The notes beneath the pieces were generated by a model. It made no database searches. It was given only the letters and a program-made list of their open reading frames with translations, and was not told the origin of the DNA. Of a stretch of DNA of 64,000 nucleotides, positions 22,726 to 35,876 are shown in pieces. Every line of letters begins with the position of its first letter. The first letter of the stretch is position 1. The DNA comes from Podarcis filfolensis. Its lineage: Eukaryota. The translations under genes and the position numbers were made by a program. Location: the NCBI GenBank assembly GCA_964270895.1, contig OZ185435.1. The stretch is one strand, 5' to 3'.

Positions 22726-23399
22726 AGAGGTGAGGATGTGAAAGAGAAGCATGCAGTTGCCATGTTTCTTGGGAAGAGAAGGAAAAATTAATTCACTCCT
22801 CTTAAAGGAATTATTTACTTTGAGGGAAGAGGCAGGAAGTGAGTCATCAGATGGATGGCTTCTTTAATGTGTGCACTGACATTCATGGTTTTACAGTATC
22901 CATAACGAGAAAAAGAAAAAGAAAAACTTTCCTATGTCCATGTACTATGAGTGGTCCAGGCGGAAATACATTTTTAGACCATTATAACCCTTCTGGGCTT
23001 TTGTCAATCTGCTATAACCCTTTCCCTGAGGAGAATTCATTATATTCATTCCAGATTCATTCTCTCAACCTAGATTTCCCAAGAAGGCAGTACAAATTAT
23101 ATTCAAATAGCAATAGATCTGTTCTTGCAATCTGGAGAGTTTTTGATCCCAATAAAATTACACAACCTCCTTTACTTCTACTGTCTTTGTAAATCTTACA
23201 TCCAGTGTTTAGGGCAATCCTCCTTTCCCCCCTTGCTGCCTCCATTGCATCCTCTTCGTACTCCCAAGACGAGATCTTATGAGTGGCTTGAACCTAATTA
23301 TACACTAGCCCTAAGGGGGGGAAGCCACTCAGTGACCTGCTGTGATTAAAAATAAATCAGTTATACAGCTTGGAGTGTCTGGACCTTGCCTTGAAGAAC

Positions 23400-24330
23400 T
23401 CTTTGTATGAGTTTCAGTTGGTGCCGCTCAAGGATGTGGAAAAGGCGCTTGGCCAAGATTGTGTGGCCGCTTGTGTGCTTCATGGCTTATACTACCCAGC
23501 AAGGAGGTGATGGGGGTGGGCCAAGGAAAGGACTATTGCCTTGTTACAAGAGGGGGGATGGTTGCAGGCCACCTAACAGGCCACCGGGTGTGGCCGTTCC
23601 TGAAAAGAACTTTCCATGGATCTTGAAGATCCAGATCACGACAGACCACTTGCAAATTTTCCCTCTTGGGTGAGCTTCTAAAGCAGGCAATCTGCAGCCA
23701 GGCCCAGGCGCTCCAGGAATGTGTGATTTTCTGGGTCCAGTTCAATGTGGGTTGAGGCCTAGTTTAGGCACTACAATTGTCTTGGTTGGCCTGTATGATT
23801 ATGCTTGTCAGGATAGAGAAGAGGAGAGTGTAACACTGTTGATGCTTGATCTCTCAATAGCTTTTGATACCCTAAATCATCGTATCCACCTGGAGCGACT
23901 GTCTAAGTTTGGGTGGGCAGCACTGTTTGCAATACAGATGACATACAACTCTTTTTCTATGGGAGTGGTGATACATTGGTGCTTGGCTGCTCTGAAAGAC
24001 AGAATAAAGGCCAAGAAACTGAAATTCAATCCAGACGTTGTGGCAGAGACACTGTTAGTAGGTGACTGCTGTTCCCAGATAAGTAGTGCTTACCCAGTCC
24101 TGGATGGGGTTGCTGTCTGCTGACTGCTCATGTTAATAGTTTGTGGGTACTCTTGGACCCCTTGTTGTCAGGTGGCCTCCATGGTTTGGGGTGCCTTCTA
24201 GCAGGTTCAGCAGATTTTTTAGCATCTTATCGCTGCTTTTGGGGGTTGATCATTTTAATGGTGATCAGGAGGAAGTGACCACTTTCAGGGTTTTAGTGGC
24301 TAATTGTTTTGCACCTTGCAGGAAGCCTAG
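23400..24330 (+). mobile_element. L2 LINE RT-region remnant
   Basis: ORF 23719-24123 has LMLDLSIAFDTLNHRIHLERL, an L2 RT-like motif; degraded. Confidence 0.6.
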
Positions 24331-27300
24331 GAACATACAAGTGAGCAAAGGCTCAGCATGAAAGAGCACCATGCTGGTGCATGCTGCTAAACTCACACCA
24401 ACCCGACTTCCCTCTTCACTGACAGGAGAGGAAAGAAACCTCACAGCACCAGCTTGGCATTGCATGCGGATGAGTGTTTGTGGTTTGATTGTCTCCAAAC
24501 AAGCCATGAGAGGAGGTAAAGGTTTGTTATTGGCTTCCTCCTGTGGTTTGTCTGGAGAGAAACAAATGTGATGCTTGTTCCCCTGTAGTGCTACAACGGG
24601 GTGGGAATGAAGTCATACTTCGTAACTATAGGTTACTGTGACGTATGATTTGTCTCTTGTCTCTTTCACCTTCCACTGTTGTTTGTATCTGATCCCTACA
24701 GCAGCCTCTACTTTGCTATGCTACTCATGGTCCCGATGCTTTGGAATTTAGCCTACCAATTGTGTTCTAATTTGCTGATGCTAACTTTATGGTCCAGCTA
24801 AGCCCCAGTGCTAAGAGTTTTCTGACCCTAATTCTGCAAAGACTCAGGGACATTTCATGCATTCATTCTCAGTTTAATATTCTCCAGTCAGAAAAAAGGT
24901 ACTATAGGGATTGAAATGTGTATTATCACTGTGTGGGGATTTCTGCTATTGCCACAGTACCAAAAAATGACTGCAGAGTGGCTGAGCCTATGGTTGCCTG
25001 TGGATAGTTAGGTGGTTAAAATTGTTGCATGAACCACTTAGTTCACAAGGGTTCTTCTGCATGTGAGCAGCCAATGCCTCCTGCAGTCGCATGGGGATAA
25101 GTTTGCATGAGCCATCACTTCTGCAGATACACCACTGCTCTTCTTGTAGTTTGGGGAACTGGGAAAACTGCTGCAAAGCTTTACAGCCCCCCTGTGATTA
25201 GAGGGCTGCGCCTGGTTGCATGGATGGGAATCTGAGAATTGGCTTGCCTCTAAGTATGTCTAGTAAAAATTGTTCCTTAACAAGTTCAAGAACTAAGAGC
25301 AAATATATTCAGATTGCTAATCTGACTCCAGGAGCAGTGAAAGAATAGAGAACAGCTTTGGAATCTAGAATTGGGCTTGCATGTTGATGAGCTTGATTCA
25401 GTGTGATGAGGATTGATCTCTGGTTTTTCCTGACCACTGACTCTGAAAACACTGAAACCAGCTCCCCCAAAATCTGCCCCTTACGATTTGTAATTCACAC
25501 AATGCCAAGGCTTGGAACACATGGTTGGGATAAAACATTTACAGCAGGTCCATTAATGCTTTTAAAGCACTTGTATTAATGAAGTTCTGATAAGATAGCT
25601 GATATTCTACCATGCAAAAACAAAGATGAATTATTTACCATGGTTGTTTGGCACTGTTGCTCAGTTTCCAGAGTCCTAATGACGTTGAGGTATGTATACT
25701 TTTTTGAGGCAGCAAACTAGTTCCAAACCTTCATGTAAAAATATGATATGAAGGGAGCAGCCGTGCCTGCTTATTCATGGGTCTACCACATGTTAGGTTT
25801 AAAGAGGTAGGAGTGATTTTTTTACATCATCAGGGATGTGAAGGTGAGGATAGCTGAACCCGGCTGCTAGCTCCCCATGCTTTGCCCAAGTATTTACTCT
25901 TCACCCCCAGCTCAGCTCACTTCTGGCATAGGAAGAAAAGTACCTGAAACGATGGAGTACAGAGTCTGGATGGGAGTGAGGTGGAGGCCCAGATCTTCTC
26001 ACTTGTTCTCATTTTGTTGTACAAAGTAGAGCCCCATCTCAGCTTCATTCTTGAATGAGAAGTGTCTGCTCTCATCCCACTCAGCTTGGCTTTCGGGACT
26101 GCATAACGTGCACGAGGCATTTTCCGATGACAAAAATGATGGATTCATTTAAAACCACTAGGTTAAATTTACTTGGAGTTTATGAATAAGCAGATATGAA
26201 CAGTGGTAGCTTTTCCGCCCACTAGGAGAAAATGTTCCCTTCATTGCCTCAACACGCAGCTGTCTGCCCCCAACACCTTGCTGTTCTGAGTAGGTCCAAA
26301 TGAATTTGGCCAAAGAAATGAATGAATGAATAATACACTTTTGGAAGGAAATCTGTTACATTTTTGGAAAATCCAAGTTTATAAATACACAACACATAAG
26401 CATCACTTCTTGTATCCCTGACGACAAAAGGCCTGCTTCACTGAAGGGTTGGATAGGAATTTCCAAGACGGGGAGTTTGTCACATCCTTGATGTCCCTCT
26501 TTGATGTGTTGAGTAGTACCAATAGAGCTGCCCCTTAAGCACTAAAGTGAGTGCCACTCCCATCTTCATCACATCTTCTGCTTAACTGAGAGTGGGTGTG
26601 GGGTAGGGAATCATGTGTGGAACTAGGAACAGAGTGAGCAAGGCTCAAATCCCCACATAGCCCTTTTGCTGGCAGGGTAGTTTTGGACCTAGTTTTGGAC
26701 CAGGCACCATCTCTCAGCCCCGTCTGTAGAGGGTGTGGTCAGTGTGGTCCAGTGGCTGGAGTGTTGGGCCAGGAAGAATGACTCTGGCTGACCTTGGGGC
26801 AGCCACTATCCGTCAACCTACCTCACAGGGTTGTGGCGGGGATTAAATGAGGAAGAGAACTATGGATCCCACCTGGAGCTCCTTGGAAGAAAAGGGGCCG
26901 GATTTAAGTGCAATAAACACATAAATCCATGAAGAAATAAATAAATGGAGAGGGAGGACTGTGCACACCACTCTCAGCTAAGGGGAAGGGCAGAATAAAA
27001 AACAAAGTTCATTGCAATGGGATGTAAAAGTGGTTCTGTTTGGCTTCGCAGTGGTGCGGGTTGGTATCCACTAGCCTCATGTTCTCCAGATGCTTGGGAC
27101 TGTCACTCCCATCGGCTCCAGCAAGCACATCTGGAGGGCACCACATTGGCAAAGGCAGATTTTTCTGTTGAGAAGGTTCTTTGCATACTTTGCTCTGCCT
27201 GCTCTTCATGGCTGGCTTTCCACCTCTTCTCAAATGCTTAGCGGACATTTTGCTATTGTGACAAGAGAGAAAACTGCTGTCCCGTTAGCACTCCTCTGCC

Positions 27301-28622
27301 CTGTCTTATGCTACCTGCTGTTGCCACACAACTTGACCTGCCTTTGGGTACTCTGGTGGTACCCCCAAGACCTCCATCCCTTTTGGCCTGGGCATCCTTG
27401 GGCCCTGCCTCACTTGCTTTTGCCAGCTGAAGAGGTGAGGAGGGTCGCACCCTGGGTTTGAGTCACAACTCTTGCACATCTCCCCTGTCCTGTCCTGGAT
27501 TATTCTCATCTAGGCAAATGCCCAGTGCTGTCATAGGCTCAATGGCTGGGCCAATCTCACGGACCAAACCAGAACCCCAAACTGTCAGGTCTTCTTAATG
27601 CGTCACTTAAGCATTCGTGTATACAGAAAAGTTGGTTTTCTGCAAGTCCTAGCTAAGATCAGTATCTTTTTGTCTGTTTCTTTGGAGGTTTCTGTAGCTG
27701 GTCACACTCCCAGACACAGCCTTAAATAGGAAGAGAAAACATTTCAAAAAGGTGTGTGTCAGTTAATGTACCACAAGAGCATTGCTAATTACTCTCTAGT
27801 TGAAAAATTTCCATCCCTGCCTACATGCCTCCAGGGGCCCATCCTACTAACCAAACATTGCACTTCTTACTTGTAGCCCCAAAGGCAAACAGAGGTCCGT
27901 GTCTATTTCTGGTTGCTCTGAAAGCAAACAGAAACCTATCGCACAGCCTGGCAGATCCTGTCCTGCTATAATCCAGTACAAAGGCATTCACTTTGGTTCG
28001 AACCTCACCAGAAGGTGTTTTTAGACACCACACAAAGGTGTTCTGCTTGGAGTAGAGTTTCTAGAGTGGTTTTGCTTTCACATTGGCTCCATGTGGATGT
28101 GATGATAAACAAATCATAGTTTAGTGTGCCACGTACCAGCCTGCGCAAGTCTTGGGCTTGTTGCTGTCTCCATCCCGTCTCCTCTTGTAGCACGGCTGTG
28201 AGAAGAAGTTCAAAAGCTTTAGTTTCCATTTTAAATTAACTGCAGTTTTAGCTAAGATTAACAACAGGATCCAGAGCTTAACTATGGTTTGTTGAAACAA
28301 GCCAGCTTCACAACCCATAGTTTGCAGTAGGGTTGTTCTGTTCTATGCTCAACCTTTCTGAATAGTAAAAGCTGATTGACTCCTCTTCCTTGGAGGTTTT
28401 AAAGCAGAGGTTGGACAGCCATCTGTCATGGATGCTTTAGGTGAGATTCCTGCACTGCAGAGGGTTGGACTAGATGACCCTCAGGGTCCCTTCCAACTCT
28501 ACAATTCTATGAAACAAACCATAGTTGAGATTTACCACATGTTAGGCCGACATAGCAAGCCATAGATCAGCATAGGTCCCAGTTTGGCTTGCAGGGCTGT
28601 TTTCTCCAAACCCCAAACTATG

Positions 28623-29477
28623 GATATTGGTCATGACATCATGTTTGCTGACTGGGAACAGTTATGGACCATCGGTATAAAGTTTACGGCATGTAATGCC
28701 TTAAGAGAGAATATTATGAAAATGATTTATAGGTGGTACATGACTCCAGTCAAGCTTGCAAAAATTTATCATTTGCCTAATAATAAATGCTGGAAATGTA
28801 ATGAAACTGAAGGTACCTTTTACCACCTTTGGTGGACGTGCCCAAGGATTAAGGCCTTCTGGGAAATGATCTATAATGAAATGAAAAAGGTGCTTAAATG
28901 CACATTCGTGAAGAAACCAGAGGCCTTTCTCCTGGGCATGGTGGGCCAATTGGTGTCAAGGAAAGATAGGTCGTTCTTTATGTATGCTACAACAGCAGCA
29001 AGAGTTCTTTTAGCAAAGTATTGGAAGACACAAGAACTACCCACGCTGGAAGAGTGGCAGACGAAGGTGATAGACTATATGGGACTGGCTGAGATGACTG
29101 GCAGAATCCGCGACCAAGGAAAAGAGACGGTGGAAGAAGATTGGAAGAAATTTAAAGTTTATCTTAAGAATTGTTGTAAAATTAATGAGTGTTAAAATGT
29201 CATGGGTAATGTGAAACAAAATTGCAGTGATAAATAATTGGGTAAGAGAAAAAGGATTAAAGAAAGTGAATTATAAGTAATTGGAACTAGGGGTTGCTGA
29301 AAAAGTTTAAAATAGGGATGCAGAAAAGGGAGGTATGGGGAAGTCGTTGAAATAAGGTTTAAGAAAAAGAGGTTATGAAACTATACATGTCTATATGTTT
29401 GTTTGTCTGTGTATTGTCAGTTGTATTGTGTTTTAATTTATGTTGGAAAATTAATAAAAATTTATATAAAAAACAAA
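28623..29477 (+). mobile_element. 5'-truncated L1-clade LINE with open ORF2 tail
   Basis: CWKCNETEGTFYHLWWTC CCHC zinc-knuckle, stop at 29195, AATAAA and A-rich tail; perfect 16-bp TSD CAAACCCCAAACTATG (28607-28622 / 29478-29493). Confidence 0.92.
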
Positions 29478-30209
29478 CAAACCCCAAACTATGCCCACGA
29501 CCTACACCTGGTATCATATGTGGTGTCAGGTGAGAGATCCAGTTTCCCATGCCTGCCATAATGAAAAGTGAAAGTGAAAGCTTCCAAACATTGCTGCACT
29601 AGCAGAGGGGAAGGGATTGAGAAGGTGCGTCAACCAGGGCTCCAACAAGCTCCTTCGCAGAATTGGGGGAACTCAGGCCCTGCAGGTGAATCCAGCCTCC
29701 CTGCAGGACTCTCTGCCCAGCCCTTGGGACTCCCCCCCCCCCACCTAGAGCCTGCTCCTCCCACTCAAGTGCTTTTGCTTATCTTTAAGGTGACCATTCC
29801 TCTTGTTTGCCCTGGTGTGCCAGTGTCTGTAAACCCCGACTTTTGCATGGTTGGAATGAAGCATACCATGCAAAGGTAAGAGCGCATCCATTGCTCAGCC
29901 ACTTTTTGGCTCCGGTCACGCCCACTTTTGACTGGCATGTGGCCCCCAGAAGGTCATCCACAAGAGAATGTGGCCCTTGGGTGGAGCAAGGTCTCCCACC
30001 CCTGTGACTGTACCCTGGTTTATCATGACGCCCCAATGCAGCCACTTTCTGACAGGTTGAGGCATTTCTGTTTTCAGCTAAGAAAGAAAAAAATCTGTTG
30101 AAGTACCGTGGAAGAGACAGACATCCATAGGATTGTCACTAACAGCTTTGGTTTCTAAAGAATTATGGAAAGTGAAAGGGTGTCAAAACTGCAAGGCAAC
30201 CTCTTTATA

Positions 30210-30451
30210 CAGTGGTACCTCGGGTTAAGAACTTAATTTGTTCCGGAGCTCCATTCTTAACCTGAAACTGGTCTTAACCTGAAGCACCACTTTAGCCAAT
30301 GGGGCCTCCCACTGCCGCCGCACCACCAGAGCACAATTTCTGTTCTCATCCTGAAGCAAAGTTTTTAACCTGAGGTACTATTTCTGGGTTAGCGGAGTCT
30401 GTAACATGAAGCGTCTGTAACCTGAAGCGTCTGTAACCCGAGGTACGACTG
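30210..30451. mobile_element. Tc1/mariner-type MITE, family 1 (opposite orientation)
   Basis: TA|CAGTGGTACC...GGTACGACTG|TA. Confidence 0.88.
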
Positions 30452-31335
30452 TAGATTATTTTCTTGTGAGCAGCTTTAAGGTACCATCTTAATGGTCCCT
30501 TGGAGGATGTCCCAGGAGCCATCAGAATGAGAGGTCTGCCCTTGGATTCCTTCTCCCAGGGATGGTGGAGATGCCCCCCAAGGGCTCTGGGGGTGGGGCA
30601 GAAAGGGTGTCATGTCAGAGGCAGATTGTAGGGGGGGTTGGTTGGATCCATCTGTAATATCAGGATAATAATACTGGTCACCTTTGCAGGGCTACAATTA
30701 CAGCAAGGCAATATATGAGACGTACTTTGAGTGCTGTACTCTGAATCATACAATTATTATTGCTACTATTGCAGCCAAAGCAGTCATGCAGGGCAGATTC
30801 CCAACCTTCTTCAGAGGACATATGCCTGCTTGTACTTTGATAATATACTGTAGACAGTGATGATGTTGCACTATATTTATTTAATGGAAACCCATAACTT
30901 TTTTCTGAGTCATGAAGCTGAACGATGGGTGTGGGTTTCGACAGAGTTCCATAATGGTTTGCCACTAATCTGGACTCTCTGTTCCTAAACAATCACCACT
31001 GGAGCCAAATATATGAAATCAGGCAGAGGCAGATTGGGAGGTTTTCTCCATGAGTTTTACCACCCAGATTCAGAACTCACCCTGTACTGCTCTCTTAAAG
31101 TCCAAGCCATCGGCTCACGGCTCACCCTGAAGCAGTGAGAGAGATACATTCAGCGGCCAGAGGGATATACTAGGTTGTCCCAGCCTTGATAGGTGCATGT
31201 TTGTTACTGGTGAGAATTGGAGGATTGTAGAGGGTAAGAGCCAGGAGATTTCCAGTTCGGATCCCACCACTGACACAAATTCACTAGTCCTTTACCCATC
31301 GACTTGCTGAGGGTTTGGTTATTAAGAATTAGCAT

Positions 31336-31590
31336 CTTTTTTGCTCTATAAGACTCACCTTTTCCCTCCTAAAAAGTAAGGGGAAATGTGTGTGCATCTT
31401 ATGGAGTGAATGCAGGCTGTGCAGCTATCCCAGAAGCCAGAACAGCAAGAGGGATCGCTGCTTTCACTGCGCAGCGATCCCTCTTGCTGTTCTGGCTTCT
31501 GAGATTCAGAATATTTTTTTTCTTGTTTTCCTCCTCCAAAAACTAGGTGCATCTTGTGGTCTGGTGCGTCTTATAGAGCGAAAAATACGG
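31336..31590. mobile_element. Tc1/mariner-type MITE, family 2 (opposite orientation)
   Basis: Reverse complement of 11375-11635; right TIR intact with TA. Confidence 0.85.
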
Positions 31591-31722
31591 TATTCAAACA
31601 GTATGTGAAATGTTCTGAACCCCTGAAATGTGCTAAGTATTAACTGAATACAAACGTTTGTTGGAGCCTGAACAAACCGTTTTCTCCTGTTGAGTTCTGA
31701 ACCAACTTTTAGGGCAGAATCA

Positions 31723-31862
31723 TCCATAGAATCATAGAATCATAGAATCATAGAGTTGGAAGAGACCACAAGGGCCATCGAGTCCAACCCCCTGCCAAGC
31801 AGGAAACACCATCAGAGCACTCCTGACATATGGTTGTCAAGCCTCCGCTTAAAGACCTCCAA
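31723..31862 (-). mobile_element. CR1 3' end with octamer tail
   Basis: (ATCATAGA)n repeats, i.e. a CR1 (ATTCTATG)n-type tail on the minus strand, adjoining CR1 3' UTR. Confidence 0.8.
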
Positions 31863-31967
31863 CTTCTCTTCTGTGCCTTCTGGCTAGATCTTCAAGCCTT
31901 TGTTTTTTGCTCAAAGTTTACTTCCTGTATTCAGGTGCTAAATACTTCTATTATCATTTTTTCAAAG

Positions 31968-32189
31968 GGAACTGAAAGGCAAGATTGAAAAAGAAAGCAC
32001 AAAGCGTGAGCTGCTGTCCGGTCAATCCCACCTCAATGAAACCCATTGCATTCACTGCCTGCAGCCCTTCAAGTTCCTGGTGAACAACAAACGCAAATGC
32101 TTAGACTGCCACTTACACACCTGTAAAAATTGTAGCAGCTACAATAAAAAGGAGGAAGGTTGGGTGTGTGATCCTTGCCGTTTATCCAG
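31968..32189 (+). CDS. MLPH: Melanophilin exon 3 (Zn-finger of Slp-homology domain)
   Basis: [16 protein letters not shown]...CIHC...CLDC...CKNC...[10 protein letters not shown]: four CxxC pairs; 222 nt; ttcaaag| and |gtaagt; phase 2-2. Confidence 0.97.
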
Positions 32190-33414
32190 GTAAGTAGGGC
32201 AGATTCTTGTTGTTGCTGCTGTTTGTATAGTAGTGGGCCAAAGTAGATGGGAGATTGGGTTCTGTCTGGTACTAGAATTTCTCACAGGTTTCAGTGTTTA
32301 TCCACCTAGCCCTACAAAGAGCACCCGAAATGATTTTATTTTCATTTTTTATTCCTTTGCGTGAACCTTCTGCAAGTTCCACTTAATATTCCAGTATAGG
32401 GATTGAACTGGTGTTGGAGGGTTCGGCAGGTGAGTGGTTGCAATAGGGAGGTGCTGCGTTGCCATTTGACTTTTCCGTTTTCAAAAATGGATGAAGTGGT
32501 CATTGTTTCATTTTTATCCCATCCTTTACCTGGACAGCTCAGGGTAGCTGCACACACCTCTCTTCTTCCCCTAGCCCTGCGGGATAAGTTAGACCTAGGG
32601 ACAGGGATTGCTCCAAGGTTAAAGTCCGGCACGTAAGATGCTCTCTTAGCAATTCATTTCACTTCTGCTTTGCTCAGTCCCCAGCATCAATTCCCTCAAG
32701 CTTCAGGCACTCGTCTGCCAGCAATGTGACTTGAGGATGCTTTCTTTAGTTTTCATAACAGGCCTTTATATTCAGGTATTTTCCCCCATTACAGTGGTGT
32801 GAGGGGGAGCACAGAAGAACTGGGTGATCCCACCCAGTCCCTCACATCACCCTATAGCATGAACTCCTATAGCAGGGAGCCTTTGGCGCTTGTAAGACCA
32901 TGTTGCACAAGGAGGCTGCCCAAGTGAAAAAGTTCATGGAAGGAGGTGGAGCACTTGCAGCAAACTAGTGCAGTAGAAGAATCTTTTGTTGCCGAGCACC
33001 AATCTTTTCTGTCTCTCATTCCACAAACTTGGTTGCTGAATTCCCTGCTTCCCTCAGAATGTTTTATCCCCAGGCTTGTGTTATCTATGCAGGACACTTG
33101 TGAATAAGGAGCTGGGCTGCATCCATGGCTGGGCTAGCCATGTTCCCCAACAGCCACTCACTGAGCACAGACAACTGAAGAGGAGCCCCTGGACATGAAC
33201 AGCTGCTCCTGCCAGGGAGCAGTCAATTTGTGGATGGAGAGGCCAGGGCTAATCTGGCTCCATGGCAATGGAAATGTTACCTTTTTGTGTGATTTGTGTT
33301 TGTGTGGTGCAGTCAAAACGGCACTAAAGTCAGCAGGTGTGTTTTAATTGATTGAAGGTTTGGGATCGTACCTGTGTACATAAGCCTTTTTTTCTCTCTT
33401 CTCCTGCTGGACAG

Positions 33415-33551
33415 GATTGTGAAGACTGGATCTGTGGAATGGTATTATGAGCATGTGAAATCTCGTTTTAAGCGGTTTGGAAGTGCTAAGGTGATGCGGT
33501 CGCTCTACGGAAGGATGACCCATGGACAGAAAATGAATCCTACCTTGCTTG
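33415..33551 (+). CDS. MLPH: Melanophilin exon 4 (SHD2)
   Basis: [33 protein letters not shown]..., the SLEWYY-type Rab27-binding motif; acag| and G|gtatgg. Confidence 0.95.
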
Positions 33552-33624
33552 GTATGGGCAGGGGTCTGGGGGGGGTTCCTCTCAGTTTCTTTCTATACAG
33601 CACTCTGAAGGTTCCACAGAATAG

Positions 33625-33957
33625 TAAAGGTAAAGGGACCCCTGACCATGAGGTCCAGTCATGGCCGACTCTGGGGTTGTGGCGCTCATCTCACCTTATT
33701 GGCCGAGGGAGCCGACGTACAGCTTCCGGGTCATGTGGCCAGCAGGACTAAGCCGCTTCTGGCGAACCAGAGCAGTGCACGGAAACGCCGTTTACCTTCC
33801 CGCTGGAGCGGTATTTATTTCTCTACTTGCACTTTGATGTGCTTTCGAACTGATAGGTTGGCAGGAGCAGGGACTGAGCAACGGGAGCTCACCCCATTGC
33901 GGGGATTCGAACCACCAACCTTCTGATCGGCAAGCCCAAGAGGCTCTGTGGTTTAGA
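33625..33957 (-). mobile_element. Sauria SINE (5' end clipped)
   Basis: Reverse complement of the 12399 copy; starts 73 nt after the exon 4 donor. Confidence 0.92.
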
Positions 33958-35514
33958 CTGGGTACCAAATTAACTGTCACCACAAATCACAAAAATTACA
34001 TCTGAGTAGCCACAGTCTGTTCCCACACATTTGGAGTGAGTGACATGGCTCCAAAGTTAGAGAGTGTGGTTTCGCAGCTGGCTTGAATCCCAGCACCTTT
34101 GCTTTTAGAAATTAATCACCACTGGTGAGCGGTTTGGAAAAAGTGAATTGCAATGAGCTGTTTGCCCTTTCACTTAATGCTAAAATTAGGGGCACTCACT
34201 TGGAAGTTAACTGCAGTTGATTTAAAGTTTATCCAGCAACAATTTTTGAAGGCAGAACCATTTATTACAGTTCCTGGTAGCAACCAATCTAGTGTTTAGG
34301 GGTGTCGTTAACATTAACTATTGAGAGATCAATGGCAAATCTTCCTGGAGCATCTGAAGGTGGTCTCTGTTGACGAAAGTCAAATGAAGCTCTTTAGGAG
34401 CAACGCAGGTATCAGGTTTCCCACAGGGAACAAGATGCGTAAGACTGGCCCAGCTGCCATCTGTGAAAACACAAAAAATGGTGATTGCCCAGATCTGTTT
34501 TAATTTTGCAGGCCAAGTAAAACAAAATGTCCAAATAAGACATTATAGAAACAAGGCTGGAGATGAACAAAATAATGTTAGTAACAACAGCTACTTCTAC
34601 TACTATTTCAAGCAATTGTTGTCAAGTTGTGTACACGCTCATTTCTCTGCAGTTTTCAAGTGAACAGTCTTTGCATGTTTTTGTGTGCTTCTAAAAGTCA
34701 TGATGGACAAGAACAATCGGACCAAAGAAATGAATGTGTATCATCACCTGCCAGCGAGTGTAGTATAAAATGCCCTCCCATAAAGCTGCTGTTCACCATT
34801 TTGGGGAAAACGTAAATGGCACAGCAACCATTACATGCATGTTTTCCCTCACAGAGCAAATGGCAACCACAGACTGAATTATTTGGGGAAATGGACAGGA
34901 CAAAGGGTTGAGAGCCACTAATTCCCATTGCTGTGATGCAGGTCCAGATTGCCCCAACCCTGGATGAAACTGCAATTTGCCAAAATTTAAAGAAATGGGA
35001 GGTCTGACCACAGATATTTGCCACCTTGCCTCATTTGGCCCTCAGCTGTGAGGGAGATACTTCAGAACACACTTATTGTTGGCATCCATCTGTCTCGGGA
35101 GACAGTGGAAGAAATGCAGACCAAACAGGCCTCTCTGGGCTCATCCACACTTTTGCTTGTCCCTTCCTTTCTAGGCACAGGTCTGAGTGGTTTTTGCTTT
35201 GTCCCACCACTTTCCCCAGGAAAAGCCACTGCTCACTGTTGAATCAGAACATCAATCTACAAAAAAACCAATTGACTTTGGTTCTAATTTGGCGGTGGGA
35301 CAAGCAGAAGTGTGGACAAGCTTTGTTTGACTGACTGTCCTCCAGGCCTGCCTTCTTAAGATATAGCCAGTGAGCCAGTGTTGCATCTTTAAGGCTGGAC
35401 ATTTCATCCTTAAGTCTTGCGCAAGAAAAGTGAAACCTGATCCCAATATGTTATTCTGCTCATGTGGAAGTTTGTGCAGCCTCTTGCTTAAGCAGAAGTA
35501 TAAGAATAGCTATA

Positions 35515-35876
35515 AAAAGGTAAAGGGACCCCTAACCATTAGGTCCAGTCGTGGCCGACTCTGGGGTTGCGGCGCTCATCTGGCTTTATTGGCCGAGGGA
35601 GCCGGTCTTTGTCTGCAGACAGCTTCCGGGTCATGTGGCCAGCAGGACTAAGCCGCTTCTGGCAAACCAGAGCAGCGCACGGAAACACCGTTTACCTTCC
35701 CGCCAGAGCGGTACCTATTTATCTACTTGCACTTTGACGTGCTTTCGAACTGCTAGGTTGGCAGGAGCAGGGACCGAGCAACGGGAGCTCACCCCATCAC
35801 AGGGATTCAAACCACCGACCTTCTGATCGGCAAGTCCTAGGCTCAGTGGTTTAACCCACAGCGCCACCCGCATCCC
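35515..35876 (-). mobile_element. Sauria SINE, full length
   Basis: 13-bp TSD aaga(a/t)tagctata. Confidence 0.92.

Noticed and set aside
28584-29195. 203-aa and 217-aa (45276-45929) ORFs as host or novel genes
   Set aside because: They are L1 ORF2 C-termini bounded by TSDs and poly-A tails; the listed start at 28584 lies in flanking DNA.
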